From Mobula hypostoma (Eukaryota): a DNA stretch of 64,000 nucleotides. The notes under the pieces were generated by a model. That model saw only the letters and a program-made list of their open reading frames with translations. It was not told the DNA's origin and did no database searches. Within the stretch, counting starts at the first letter, position 1. Each line of letters starts with the position of its first letter. The position numbers were made by a program, and so were the translations under genes. Below are positions 1 through 13,500 of this stretch, one piece after another. The stretch is taken from positions 34,162,001-34,226,000 of the forward strand of contig NC_086106.1 in NCBI RefSeq assembly GCF_963921235.1, written 5' to 3'.

Positions 1-644
1 TAAGGATCACATTATGCATTGTACCGCATTGTGATATGTACAATATATACCATATCTGTTGCTATTCCTGTTGCCCTGAACTGCTAATGGCCTGCCAAGG
101 CATCTGTAGATCTCGTCTGTTAATTCCATAATTTCTCTGCATAAATTTTACGTTGGAATTATTTTAAAATACAACTTATTCTATAATGACCAACTTCTTC
201 ATAATTCAGTGAAACGTTTAGTTCTCAACGTAGAAAATAAAAATGTTCTCAAGTGGAGAATGGAAATTGGAACTGAGATGTGTTACTCAAGATGATTATT
301 AGAAATGATATGATTCTGCAATAACTCCTGCAGGAGTGCGCGAAATATTTTGGGAAGTGTCCGATAGAATACAGATGCCCTGACAGATTGTGGATAAGAA
401 GAAATAAAAGGAACAATTAATATATTCGTTTCTAAAACACTACCCTGAAAGAGGGACTTAAATGGGACATCATGGTTACTTTACAGGAAAACTGAACATT
501 CCAGAATGTTACCTTCGTGCATCAAACTCTATTTTGAAAAGTAATTATACGTGGAAAAATAAAACCAACTAACGGAGGAACACATTAAAACTCGACGTTC
601 AGTAATTCCTAAGGATTACTTGCTCTATGTTTGTGAATATTAAG

Positions 645-956
645 AAAGGCATCCGTTAGTCTTGCGAGACCATGAATCTGCGTCTGGAGAGTCTTCACTC
701 TCCAGGGCGCAGGCCTGGGCAAGGTTGTATGGAAGACCAGCAGTTGCTCATGTTGCAAGTCTCCCCTCTCCACACCAACAATGTTGTCCAAGGGAAGGGC
801 ATTAGGACCCATACAGCTTGGCACCAGTGTCGTCGCAGAGCAATGTGTGATTAAGTGCCTTGCTCAAGGACACAACACGTTGCCTCGGCTGGGGCTCGAA
901 CTCACGACCTTCAGGTCGCCGGTTCAATGCCGTAACCACTTCGCCACGTGCCCACA
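645..956 (-). mobile_element. tRNA-derived SINE with CORE-like body
   Basis: Minus-strand head with A box TGGCGAAGTGG and B box GTTCGAGCC, then GTGTCCTTGAGCAAGGCACTT. Confidence 0.7.
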
Positions 957-1789
957 CTTGAATAATAAGAGAGGCAGCCTTCTGAACATGGGCTTTCTTT
1001 CAGAGTATGAAATTACAATGCAATACTGAAAGGGTCATCAAATTGTTTCACAGGGGAATCAGTTTCCAATCTGTTGCATGAAAATTTCCCTTTACCTTTT
1101 CTTATTATAAAGGACATATTTGCTGTCATTGACTTAGCACTGCTTTTGTAAAAGTCAATCCAATAACAATTGACAATGTGGAATCAAAAGGTTGGGAGAA
1201 AGTGAACCAAAGTTGTTATAGATTTGCCGGGGCAATGTTGCAACTGTTAAACATCCACTAGTTCACCTGTAATGACAGAACACCACCTGTGAATTAGAGA
1301 TTGTGGTAAAGAGAGAATCAGACGGAATGGTCAAAAGCGTGCATTAACACATAATCATTAGGACCTTTCTCAGTTGCAGGCATTTCTGGGGTATGCACAA
1401 TAGTCGAACCATTACATACATATGTAATAGCAATAATACAGGGATATGAATTATAAATGGGTTCATTTTTTGTACGTTTCCAATCAGCATCTGATCACTA
1501 TCTCTCAGATATAAAGGAGCTGTTGTATTTACCACTTCATCTGAATGTCGTGTCACTTGATGTAATGTGAACCTGGAGTTGTACTGTCTTTTCATATCAT
1601 TTCCATTCAATCATATTCAGGTTAATCTTAACCTAGAGTGAGCTTATCACCTTCCATACATGTTCTGAACAGAAGGGAACGAGTCTGCCAACATCAACCC
1701 TGACAATCCCCAGTGCATCTGAAAATACAGCATCAAGACGGATGTAAGATCAGTCTGCCTGGTATTGTCCCTGACCGTGTCCTGAGTTC

Positions 1790-3720
1790 TTGTGAGGTTC
1801 AACTGGTTGGCATACTTTCAAACTTTTTAAACATCTCCCTGCTCCAGGCTGTGGTTCCCTCCTGCTTTAAGAAGACACTATCATCCCAGTAACCCCCCTC
1901 TGCAAATAAACCTCCCCCCAAAAATGTATCAAGATATCGGACCTTAACAGCTGTTGCCCACACGGTCTGACATCTACCACCATGATGTTCTTCGAGTAGT
2001 TGGTCAAGGCACACAATGTCTCCGAATTTGTCTGTCAACCTTGACTCATTGTACTTTGTCTACTGCTGAAACAGGTCTACAGCAAGTTCCAACTCCCTCG
2101 ACCTACACTCAGCCCTTGAGCATCTGTACAATACACACATCTACATCAGGCTATGTCTATTGAATACAGCTTGCTTTCAGTGCTATTATTCCAAAGAAAT
2201 TCAACACAAATCTCTAGACCCTGGGAGTCAGAGCTTCCCTTTCAGTCTTCTGAGACTGGATCCTTGGCATCTTAACCAACAAACCACAGCTGTAAGGATA
2301 GGCGGCAAGATCGCTACCATGATTATTCTAAACACTGGTGGTCAACGAGGTTGTGTCCTCAGCCGCTTGCTGTATTCCTTATGACTGCGTAGCCAGATTA
2401 TGTTCGAACTACATCTACAAGTTTGCAGATAATACCACCGAGGTGGGCCACATCTCAAATAACAATGAGTTGGAGCTCAGAAAACTGAATCAAATTCACA
2501 ATTATCACTAACATATATCATGAAAGTTGTTGTTTTTTGGCAACAGAATTGTACAAGACATGCAAGAAACTAAAAGTTAGGATAAAAATGAGATGAATAA
2601 ATAGTGCAAAAGAATCATAGTAAGGTAGTGTTTATAAGTTAATGGGCCATTCAGAAATCAGGTGGAGGAGTGGACAAAGCTGTTCCTCAAACGTTAAGTA
2701 TGAACGTTATGGCTTGTGTCCCTTCACCCTGATGTTATTAATAAGAAGAAGTCATGTCTGGACGATGAGGGTTCATGGATGGAGTCTTCTGGAGATACAG
2801 TCTCTTGAAGATGTTTTCAATGGCAGGGAAGCTTTTGCCCGCGACAGAGCTGGCTGCATCTACAAACATCTGCAGCGTCTTTCGATCTTGTGCATTGGAG
2901 CCTTCATAGCAGCTGGTGATGCAACCAGTCCTAATGCTCTCCACAGTATATATGTAGAAATTTGCTGATGTCTTTGACAACATTCCAAATCTGCTGAAAT
3001 TCATTAGAAGTAAGGCCGCTGGTGTGCTTTCTTCGTGATTGCATTAATATGTTAAGCACGGAATAGATCGTCGGTGATGTTGACGCCCGGGATCTTGAAG
3101 CTGTGCTTTGAGATGCTGACGCCCGGGAACATGAGGGAGATCGAGAGCTTAGTGGCATGGAATCATGAGAACAACATTTCCCTCAACAACAACAAAACAA
3201 ACGAATTTTGCTTACTTCAGAAAGGCAGCCAGTGCACATGCTCCTCACTACATTAACTGTTGAGGATTGGAGGGCTGAGAATTTAGGTTCCTAAGGGAGA
3301 ACATAGCCAATCGCCCATCCTGGCCCAACTACCTAAACATCAGACCAAGAAAGCTCAGCAACGCCTCTACATCCTCAGGATAATTCTAGAATTTAGCATA
3401 TTCCCGTCCATCTTGCCAACTTTTATCGAAGCATCATAGAAAGCATACTGACTGGATGTAAAACGGCTTAGTATGGCGACGCCCTAGGTGTGACCTCAAG
3501 AAACTACAGAGAGTCCTGGACACAGCTCAGCACATCACGTGAATCACTTTCCCCTCTATGGACTCTGTCTATACATCTCACTGCCTCAGTAAAGCAACCA
3601 GCATAATCAAAGAGCCCATCCACCCCAGTCATGTTTTCACTTCCGTTCTTCCATTGGGCAGAAGATACCAGGTTCAAGAAGAACTTCTATATCATTGTTA
3701 CCAGACGACTGAATGGTTCG
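1790..3720. mobile_element. Degenerate Rex1/Babar LINE (+) interrupted by an antisense Rex1/Babar 3' fragment (about 2640-3090)
   Basis: RT and C-terminal motifs (GCVLSRLLYSL, KFADNT, REIESLVAW, ESIRTGCITSCY..QDRKTLQ). Confidence 0.75.
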
Positions 3721-4559
3721 CTGGTATAAAATGGTGGACTCTTGATTTCACAGTCTACCTCTTTGTGACTTTTAACCTTATTTAGTATTGGCACTACACT
3801 TTCTGTGCCCTGCAACACTTTATTGTGCACCCTGTTATGCTTTATCTTATTCCTGTTATGTTTTATCTTATATTTTCTCAACATACTGTTGCATTGAATT
3901 CATCTGTATGGACGGTATGCAAAACAAGGTTTCGACTATACCTCAGTACATGTGGCAATAGTAAACCATCTTACCATTTTACCAGTTTAGTACTCTGGAT
4001 TATACTGTGCACCGCTTCACACGTTCCTATAGTAAGCAAGTGCTATCATTCACGTGACTAAATACAGAGATTGAATGTGTTTTGAAATTATCCTAACAGT
4101 TGTGTTGTCGTTCAGAAATCTGAATGTGGAGGGGAAGGAGCTGTTCTTGAAAAGGAGGTTGCAGGTCTTCAATCTCCTGTGTCTTCTACCCAGGTCAGGC
4201 AACATCTATAGAGAGGAATATGCACTGTATGTTTCTGCCCGAGAACTTTCATCAGGACTTGAAAGGAAGGGGGAAGAAACAGGAAAAAGAATATGGGGAG
4301 AGGGCAGTGGAATGAGTACAAGCTGGCAAGTGGTAGGTAAGACCAGATGAGGAGGCAGTTGGGAGAGAGGGGAAGGGGTGATGGTGAGAAGTTTGGAAGA
4401 GGTAAAAGACTGAAGATGAAGGCGATTGATAGAAGCGGACGTTGGGCCACGGAAGAGAGCGATGGAAGAGGGGAGGGGCTAGTGAGGCAAAGAGAAAGCA
4501 TGAGAGGGGATCCAGAATGGGGAATCAAAAAAAGACATAAGGGGATGTGGGTGGGGGAG

Positions 4560-5280
4560 AAATTACCAAAAGTTAGAGAAATCGATGTTCCTGACATCAG
4601 AGTGATGGTTACCCAGAAGGAGGTGTTGTGTCTCCTCACCAAGTGTCCCCTCATTGTGGCAGTAGTGGAGGCCATGGGCAGACATGTTGGAATGAGAATT
4701 CAAATTGAAATGGTAAACACTGGAGAACAGTGCCTTTTCTGGCAGACAGAGTGATGGTGCGAAACAGTCCCATAACCTACGTCGAATCTCACTGATGTGA
4801 AAAGTCTGCAAGTTGAGTACCAGATATAGTAGAAGGCCCAGACCACCTTGTAGGTGAAGTGTCACCTCACCTGGTAGGGCTCTTTTAGAGCAGTGAATGC
4901 TGGCGAGGAGGCTGGAGTAGCAGTTGTCGGGAGTACCTCTTGCGGAGATAAGAACCAGAAAGATGATTAGCGGGGAGGGACGAGTGGACGAGGGAGTCAG
5001 ATGGAGACTTCTTCTTTAGGTAACTTGCTATGGAAGACTTCATACTTTTATCTCCTCCATCTATCATCTCTTAGCTTCTTACTTCATCGCTTTCCACCTC
5101 CCCATCTACCATAACCCTCATCTGTTTTCTTGTATTACCTGCCAGGGTGTACTTCCATTTCCCTCACCTCCCTATTCTGGCTTCTTCCCCCGTCGGTCTG
5201 AAACTTCAATAGTTATTCGTCATCATAAATGATACCTGACCTGCTGAGTTCCTTCAGCATTCTGTGTGCGCTGTTTGGAA
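4560..5280 (-). mobile_element. Penelope-like element fragment (GIY-YIG endonuclease)
   Basis: Decayed ISEIRRRL..HFN..HS..MSAHGLHYC..E..QHL..NIDFSNF motif, plus ctgacctgctgagttcc terminal repeat. Confidence 0.75.
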
Positions 5281-5509
5281 ATTGTTTTGCTTTCTTATCA
5301 GCTCCTCAAATGAAAAGTGCTCCTACCCTTTCATAATCATGGCTTCCTCCTCTATTTAGTGCGATACAAATTTAAATATAAAAAGTTTACTTTTCTTGTC
5401 TGACTTCTTCCTTCGCCCTTAATTTAGGATGTCTCTTTCAGCCTCTCTCTCTCTCATGTGCATAAACAGAGTCCTGCACACATGCACGACCATACAGATA
5501 CATGATCTG

Positions 5510-5671
5510 ATAACGAATTCGGCAGACCATGCCCGGAATCTCTTTCCTTTCCTTACCTTTACTTTATTGTCGTCAAACAATTGATACCAGAGCGTACAAT
5601 CATCAGAGTGATATCTGATTCTACGCTTCGCGCTCCCTGGGGAACAAATCTACAGTAAATAGTAAAAATTT

Positions 5672-5724
<53 letters not shown>

Positions 5725-8700
5725 ATAATTAGAAAATAGAAAAGGGAAAGTAAGGTATTCAAAAAAAAAAAAAACAGGAGGCAGGTCCGGATATTTGGAG
5801 GGTACGGCCCAGATTCGGGTCAGGATCTGTTCAGCAGTCTCATCACAGTTGGAAAGAAGCTGTTCACAAATCTGGCCGTACGAGTCTTCAAGCTCTTGAG
5901 CCTTGTCCCGGAGGGAAGAGGGACGAAAAGTGTGTTGGCTGGGTGGGTCGTGTCCTTGATTATCCCGGCAGCACTGCTCCGACAGCGTGCGGTGTAAAGT
6001 GAGTCCAAGGATGGAAGATTGCTTCGTGTGATTTGTTGAGCTGTGTTCACGATCTTCTGCAGTTTCTTCCGGTCTTGGGCAGGACAACTTCCATAACAGG
6101 TTGTGATGCACCCTAGGAGAATGCTCTTTACAGTGCATATATAAAAAATAGTGAAGGTTTTAGTGGACAGGCCAAATTTCATTCGCTTTCTCAGGAAGTA
6201 AAAACGCTGGTGGGCCTTCTTGACAGTCGACTCTGCTTGGTTGGACCAAGTCAGATCATTTGTAATATTGACCCTGAGAAACTTAAAGCTTTTCACCTGT
6301 TCCACTTGTACACCACCGATGTAAATGGGGTCGTGCGGTACATGACTCCTTCCGAAGTCAACAAGCAATTCCTTCCTCTTGCTGACGTTGAGGGATAGGT
6401 TATTGTCTTCACACCATGCCACCAGGTTCTTAATTTCTCTCTGTACTCAAACACATCAGTACCAGAGATACGGCCTACAATTGTGGTGGCATCAGCAAAG
6501 TTATATATTGAGTTCGATGGAAACTTATCTACACCATCATAGGTGTACCGGTGGGACACCGGTGCTCAGAGTGATTATAGAGGAGAGCTCGTGCCCTATT
6601 TTTACAGCCTGGGTCCTGTCTGTGAGGAAGTTGAAGATCCAGCTGCAGATCTGAGTGCTAAGGCCTAGGTTCCGGAGCTTAGGAATCAGTTTATTTGGAA
6701 TGATGGCATTAAAGGCAGAGCTGTAGTCAATGAAAATGAGCCTTACATATGTGTCCTTATTCTCCAGGTGTTCAGGAAGAATATAGGGCCAGAAAGATGG
6801 CACCCGCCGTTGTGTTGCTCCCGTCGGCAAATTGCAAAGCATCGAGGTTGACCGGTAGGCTGTGGTTGATGTGTGCCATAACCAATCGCTCGAAGCACTT
6901 CATAGCAATTGATGTGAGAGCCACAGGTCGATAGTCATTCTGGCATGCCACCTTGCTCTTCTTCGGCACTGGGATTATCATTGCCTTCTTAAAACACGAG
7001 GGGATCTTAGACTGCAGCAAGGAGCAGTGGAAAATGTCAGCGAACATTCCAGCTAGCTCGCTTGCACAGGCCCGGAGAACCCGTCCCGGGACACCATCTG
7101 GGCCCATCGCCTTCCTTGGATTTATCTTCAGGAAGGCCCTTCTGTCTTTCTCCTCGGTGACGATGAGTCTCGATGCCACCAGGTCCGGTTCATCCGGAGG
7201 GGGCGGGGCGCTCCTCTTCTGTTCGAATCTTGCGTAGAATATATTAACGTTCGTCAGGAAGAGAAGCGCCACAGTTGTTGACATTCCCAGCCTTTTCTTT
7301 GCGCCTAGTGATCTCATTTAGACCCTACCACAATCTACCGGCATCCCTCATGGTTAGCCTGGGCTTCCAACTTTGCTCGATATTGTCTCTTGGCGCCCTT
7401 AATGGCTTTCCGGAGTTCACGCCTGGATTCCGTGTAGCGACTGGTAGCCCCGGACCTAAAAGCCGGAGCTCTAGCCTTCAAAGGGGGCTTGACCTCATAA
7501 TTCATCCAAGGTTTCCGGTTAGGGAATATCCGGATCGTCTTGAGAGACACACAGTCCTCTGTGCATTTGCAGATAAAGTCCGTGACAGCTGAGGCATACT
7601 TATCGAGGTTAGCTTCCGAGTCCTTGAATACTAACCATCAAAGCTGAATACTAACCATCAAAGCAGTCACGAAGCACCTCATCCGTTTCCTCCGTCCAAC
7701 GCGGCACCACTTTTGACACCATGCCCTCCCGCTTCAGTTTCTGTTTGTTAGCCGGGAGGAGAAGTGCGACCTGATGGTCTGATTTTCCGAAGTGACGTCG
7801 TAGGACGGAACGGTAGGCATTCTTGATTGCTGTGTAGTAGTGGTCAAGTATAGTCAGGCCTCTAGTGGGGCAGGAGACATGTTGGTATAAATTTGGCAGC
7901 GCCTTTCTGAGGTTGGCCTGGTTACAGTCCCGGCTGTAATGAGCAAAGCCTCCGGATACCTCGTCTCAAGTTCACTGATGTTGACATACAGTCTTTTCAG
8001 AGCACACTCCACGCCCGCCTGGGGGGCGGGGATGTAGACCGCTGTCAGTATGAACGAGGTGAATTCCTTTGGCAGATAGTAGGGACGACATTTCACCAAC
8101 CGGTGTTCCAGGTGCGGTCTGCAGGAGCTTGCCAGTGCCACTGTGTCCGAGCACCACGCAGTGTTGATCAGTGGGCAGACACCACTTCCCCTCGTCTTGC
8201 CCAAAGACGCAATGCGGTCCATCTGATGGATCGAAAATCTCTCCGGTCAGATGGCACAGTCTGATGTGCTAGGGGAGAGCCAGATCTCAGTGAAACAGAA
8301 TACACAGCAGTTCTGCATCTCCCTGCAGTAGGTGAGTATGTCTTTAAGATCATCCATCTTGTTCTCAATGGCTTGCACATTACCTGGTCGGATGGTGGGT
8401 AAAAGGACCAGAAGCCCCTCAGCTTCAATCTGACCAGCAACCCAGCTCTTTTCCAATGCTTCTTCTGTAAATAGTGCATCTTCCCAGGTTTCCATTGATG
8501 CAGTGTGTTGTTGGCAGCTCTTTGAAATTGATGGACGCATCCCGCAGGGAGCGATCGGCGGGCCGCGTAGTTGGGCGCTCCGGTCGGGCCGAGTGACGGG
8601 GGAGGCTCCGCTGCTACTTCCAGCTGCCAGGAGCCCGGGGTGTCGATTGGGTCGGGCCCCACAGCCAACACTTAATCCCGGAAGGCCGGACTCCGGGCTC

Positions 8701-8800
8701 AAACAAGTCTGTCAGCTGAGTCGGTATCTGGCAACTCTGCGCGTGCTCTCCCGAGCAAGCTGCCCTCTACACTATTCTAAACCCGAGAAACCCCTTTAAA
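5510..8800 (-). mobile_element. Near full-length, frameshifted Rex1/Babar LINE
   Basis: APE endonuclease (CFTEIWL, AVYIP), RT (YRPVALTS, DYSSAFN, FADATT) and C-terminus in ORFs 8247-8702, 7854-8222, 6772-7317, 6537-6842, 5820-6422. Confidence 0.9.
5672..5718. repeat. poly-A plus (AT)n microsatellite
   Basis: Directly visible. Confidence 0.95.
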
Positions 8801-10829
8801 CCTCCAAATGCAACATCTAGCAGGATCAACAACACCCTGGTGAAGCTACTGATCCAGCTGGAGATCACCGCGCCAGAATTGCTTGTTCAACTCCGGACCG
8901 CACCTGGACCCAGCTAGCGGGGCCTGGTCCGAGTCTTCGCTTTCCTTTGCAGTATTCGCCAGACAAACCTGACTGACGTGCTAAGAAATTCCTTCCATTG
9001 GAAATCAAACTGAAACGTCAACATTGAATCCTTCTCCACATATGCAAAAGCGTTTTTTACTGTTGTGTTCAGTCGCATTATATTCTTTCGAACCCAATTG
9101 TCGGAAAGTTTATTGTTGGTCAGAGGTTAATGCAGCAATCATGTATTAACAAATGCTGAAGTTCACAGGTTCTGGTAATTCTTTGGAAAGTAACAAATCA
9201 AACCGTGTCAGATCTCTCTGCTTCTGTACGAGGCGCAAAGAAGATGTATTGTGAATGATCCGAGCTACAGTTTTGTTTCATTTATGGGTATATTTACCAT
9301 GGGGGAGTTCAATGTTTAATTGGTGGAATAATATCAGTGGCTAATTGTGTACAAAACTGCCAGGTCCGCTGTTTTTTTCTACAGGTTAGACGAATAAGAT
9401 TGATTGCATTGAAGAGACAAATTGAATATTTTTTTTTACAAAAAGCAACTCTTGTGTGGGATCCTATAAAGTGTTCTAAGTAAAATTAGGAGCGAATTTT
9501 CTATTTCTTTCCCTGACAAGTTAAAACAAACATTGCCTAAATGTTACCAGTGAATTTTGGGTGGACTGAGGTCAAATGGTTTTAATTTGTTAGATGAGAG
9601 TGTTGGCCTTCATGAGATAATGCGGATAAATGGAAAGAGAATACACACAGGCAAAAATGCTAAAATCCTCGCCTTGCAATACCAGAAATGATCAGTAGAT
9701 GGCAGTAACGGGTCCCTGAAATGAAATATCTTCCAGTCAATAAATCAGAACTGGAAATCCCAAATTAGAATTATTACAGCTTCAGCTTTTTTCTCTGCTT
9801 GGATCCAATGAATATGGATTAATATCTTATAAAGACAAGGAGTATAAATATTTCCTGGTCATGGTGCAAAAGTTGAATTTATGGCAGTGGCACCAATTAG
9901 GAAAGGAGAGCAGATATTCTTTCCAAAAGGACACAAGCAAACCAATTGTGTAGTTGTTCCGTAATTTTTGCTCGTGTCTTGTGATCTGCTAAAGCTAACT
10001 TTAAAATACGGACATTTATTTTTAATAAGATGATGATCTCAATTTTTCGGGTTGCCATGGTTGAATTCCAACTCATGTCGCTGGCTATTAATGCAGTGGC
10101 AAATATGTTTTGAAATTAACGATTTCCATGCTATCAAAGCTCTATTATTATTTGTTTTTTCATTCACCCAATTCCACAGCAACATGCTCAAACATTATCC
10201 CAACAACACGCATTGAATGAAGAAGGAACTCAGTATGCTATGTAGCATCTATTGAAGAGAAATAAACAGTATCTACACTTTTTCCTTTTTCTGATGAAGC
10301 TTCTTTCCTATTCTCGTTTCCATGCACTGTGCCCATACAATGTGTGGGATTGCCATGGACTTTCTTTGTCTCCAGAGGACAAGAACGTCTCATTTGATGT
10401 CAGTGCCACTTGTCTTTAACTCATTGGGGGTGGGGGCGGGGAGTGGAATCTAACGTTCCAGAATTACAACCCCATGAAACTCACCGTCATTTCCAGCAAG
10501 TATATTTTCCTCTCGGTTCCCTGTTGACTTTTTCTATTAAATTATACATGCTAATATTGCCCAACTGTATCACATCCTGCTGTTACCAGGAAACTGCCGA
10601 GCATCTTCTATTTTCATCTTGACAAATTGAGGCTGATCTTAAAAGTTCAAAATCATTTCGTAAATCGTGGATGAACTTGCAACCATCTAGTAAGGATAAT
10701 CGCAGAGAAATGGGTGGACGTGAAGATTCACCGGAAGGTGAAGAAGTGCAGTACACCTGTTGGCAGAGGTGGTGGATAAATGAAGAGGAGCCAGAATATG
10801 AAGCCAAGGAATCTAATTAGTGAGGTCAT

Positions 10830-11930
10830 CATCATAGCTTGTCGCACCAGACAGCCAGCCACTCTAGTGTTGTTTGGTTGATGTTGAGTAGGTCAGTGTC
10901 AGCTAAATCAGGTGAGAGTGGGCAGTTGCGCAGAACGTGTTCAATGTTCTGCACCCTTTCGCCACGCTCACAGGATTCACTGGTATTTAAACCCCACTTC
11001 ACCATATTGTCTGCCGTCCTACTCCCGCTTAGCTCTGTTCAGTGTGCACCACTTCCGTCTGTCAAGCAGGGCCTCGTCTGGTAACATTTCTGTGCGGTCT
11101 TGCACTATATTGTTTGGTTTTGGTTCTGGCTTCTGTTTAATGCCAGAGGTCAATCCTGTATGTTTGGGGGGATGTTCTGTGCGGTAGTTCCTCCACGTTA
11201 GCAAAGCTTTTCCTCGATTCTAGGTGGTTGGAAACTGGCACATGATGATGCAGTGGGTGCGTGGATCTGTTTACCTTTTTCAATTTTTGTTGTAGTATAT
11301 CTTCGGATCTCCGGGGGACCAATCCCTGCAAGTCTTTAAATGATGTTAGTGGGTGTGGGGTGCAGTGTGTCCGTAATTATTCAGCAGGCTTCGTTAAGCA
11401 ACAGGTCTAATTTCTTTGCATGGGCTGATCTGCCAGACACAGGTGTACGGTATTCTGCAGGTGCATAGCAGATTGATCTCAGTGTGTGAGCATTAGCTCC
11501 CCATTTTGTGCCTGCTAGTTTTTTCAAGAGAGAATTGCGAGAGACAACTTTTCTTGGAGTTTTTGGATCTGGGTAGCAAAAGAGAGCGTCCAGCGTCACG
11601 CCCAGGTAAATTGTAGTCGGATGGTGTTCCAGCTCCTTCCCATACCAGAAGTAAGGTAGTTGAAGTCAACACTTTAATTGAAACTTTGACTTTAATTAAG
11701 ATTTTGTTTTCTTTATTATCACACGATTGAAAATTGGGTAATCTGGCCACAGGGTATGGATTTCTTTTTTTCAGTTAAAACAAGAGGAGATGCCAAAGAG
11801 AAGGTGGTATTTCTGTTTTGTAAATCTTGGATTGATAAAATTTGGAAATACTGTGTGTGGGATGGAGTAGCTGGGGTCGCCGGATCAGCCAGGGGTACCG
11901 GGTATGTCAAGCGCAGATCTCAGTGATGAA
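10830..11930 (-). mobile_element. Vingi/Ingi-like LINE 3' fragment
   Basis: YLGVTLD..SRNSLLKKLAGTKWGANAHTLR..YAPAEY..SAHAKKLD..LNEAC and WCTLNR motifs. Confidence 0.65.
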
Positions 11931-11984
11931 TCTGTATTTATTTTAAAGAAGGCAATTGTGTATTAGAACGTTGGTCATAGAACT

Positions 11985-13500
11985 TAGAAGAGTACCACAG
12001 GAACAGATAATCCAATCCTCAATGTTGTGTCGAGCCAGCTACAAAGCAAGTCAAAAACAACCGGACACTCATCCCTCCTACTTACACTATGTCCATATCC
12101 CTCCATCGTCCTTACATCCATGTGACGATCCAAATTTCCCTAAAAAGCCTCTAATGTATTTGCGTCCACCACCATACCAGGCGGCGCATTCCAGTCATCC
12201 CGGACTCCCTGAGTAACAACTTACCTCTCACATTCCCCTTGAACCTTGCCCCTCTCACCTTCAGTGCATGCCCTCGGGTGTTAGACACTTCAACCCTGTG
12301 GAACAGACTCTCTGTATACTCTATTTATGCCGATCATAACCCCCTCAGGTACTGAAGTTTCTGAGAAAACAGCCAAGTTTATCTGGCCTCTTGTGATAGC
12401 TCTAAAACAGGCACTATCCTGCAAACCTCTTCTGCACCTTCTCCAAAGCCTCAACATCCTTCCTATGATGAGTAACCAGAACTACACACAACACTTCAAA
12501 TGTGGCCTAACCAGAGTTTCATGAAGTTGCAACATAATCTCATGACTTTTGAACTCAATGTGATGACTAATTAAAGCAAGCATTGTACATACCTTCTTAA
12601 TTGCCTTATCAACTGTGGAGCAACTTTCGAAGAGATATGAACTTGGATCCTCAGCGACACTGTTGAGAGCCTTGCGTTTGCCCGACCTGGGTTAATCTAC
12701 ATCTGGCATTTCTTAGTCCATGTCTGCAACTAATCCATATCATACTGTATTCTTTGTCAGTCTTCTACACTGTCCACAACTCCACCAGTCTTGGTATCAT
12801 CCACAAATTTACTAACCCACCCATCTACATTTTCATCTAAGTCATTTGTATATATTACAAACAACTGAGTTCCCAGCACGGATCCCTGCGGAAGTCCACC
12901 AATTACAGACCTCCAGCTCGAAAAGCCCCTTTTAACACTCCCCTCTCTCTTCTATGCGCAAGCCAGTGCTGAATCCAAACAGCCAATTCACTGCACAAAC
13001 CATGCATCTAATCTTCTGGATTAGTCTCCTCTCCCATGAGGGACATTGTCAAACGCTGTACTAAAAACCATGTATACAACAACCACTGCCCTACCCTCAG
13101 CAATTTCTTTCATCATCTTGTCAAAAAAACTCAATCAAGATGATAAGGTACGACCTGCCACAAGCAAAGCTATGCTGGCTCTCCCTGGTTAGGTAATGGG
13201 TTAACCCAAACTGATATGTCCTATCTCTAAGAATTTTCTCCAGCAATTACCCTACAACTGACGTGGGACTCACCAATCTATAGTTCCAAGGACTTTCCCT
13301 GGTCCCATTCTTAAAAAAAGAGGTTCAGCATTAACCACTCTCTAGTTCTCTGGGACCTTGCCTGTGGCTAGAAAGGACATAAAGACACTGGTTAAGGGTC
13401 CAGTAATCTCGTCCCTTGACTCCTTCAAAAGCTTGGGGTAAATCCCATCAAGCCCTGAGGACTTATCCACCTTAATAGTTATTAGAAGGCTCAAACTGAT
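11985..13500 (-). mobile_element. Degenerate CR1 LINE, RT/3' part
   Basis: Antisense CR1 RT and 3' end sequence. Confidence 0.8.

Noticed and set aside
7625-7664. Short tandem duplications (20 bp x2 here; 17 bp x about 3 at 51102-51149)
   Set aside because: Ordinary slippage with no spacers; not CRISPR-like
8900-9125. Minus-strand open stretch (NWVRKNIMRLNTTVKNAFAYVEK...)
   Set aside because: Short, flanked by stops, no recognisable family or splice structure
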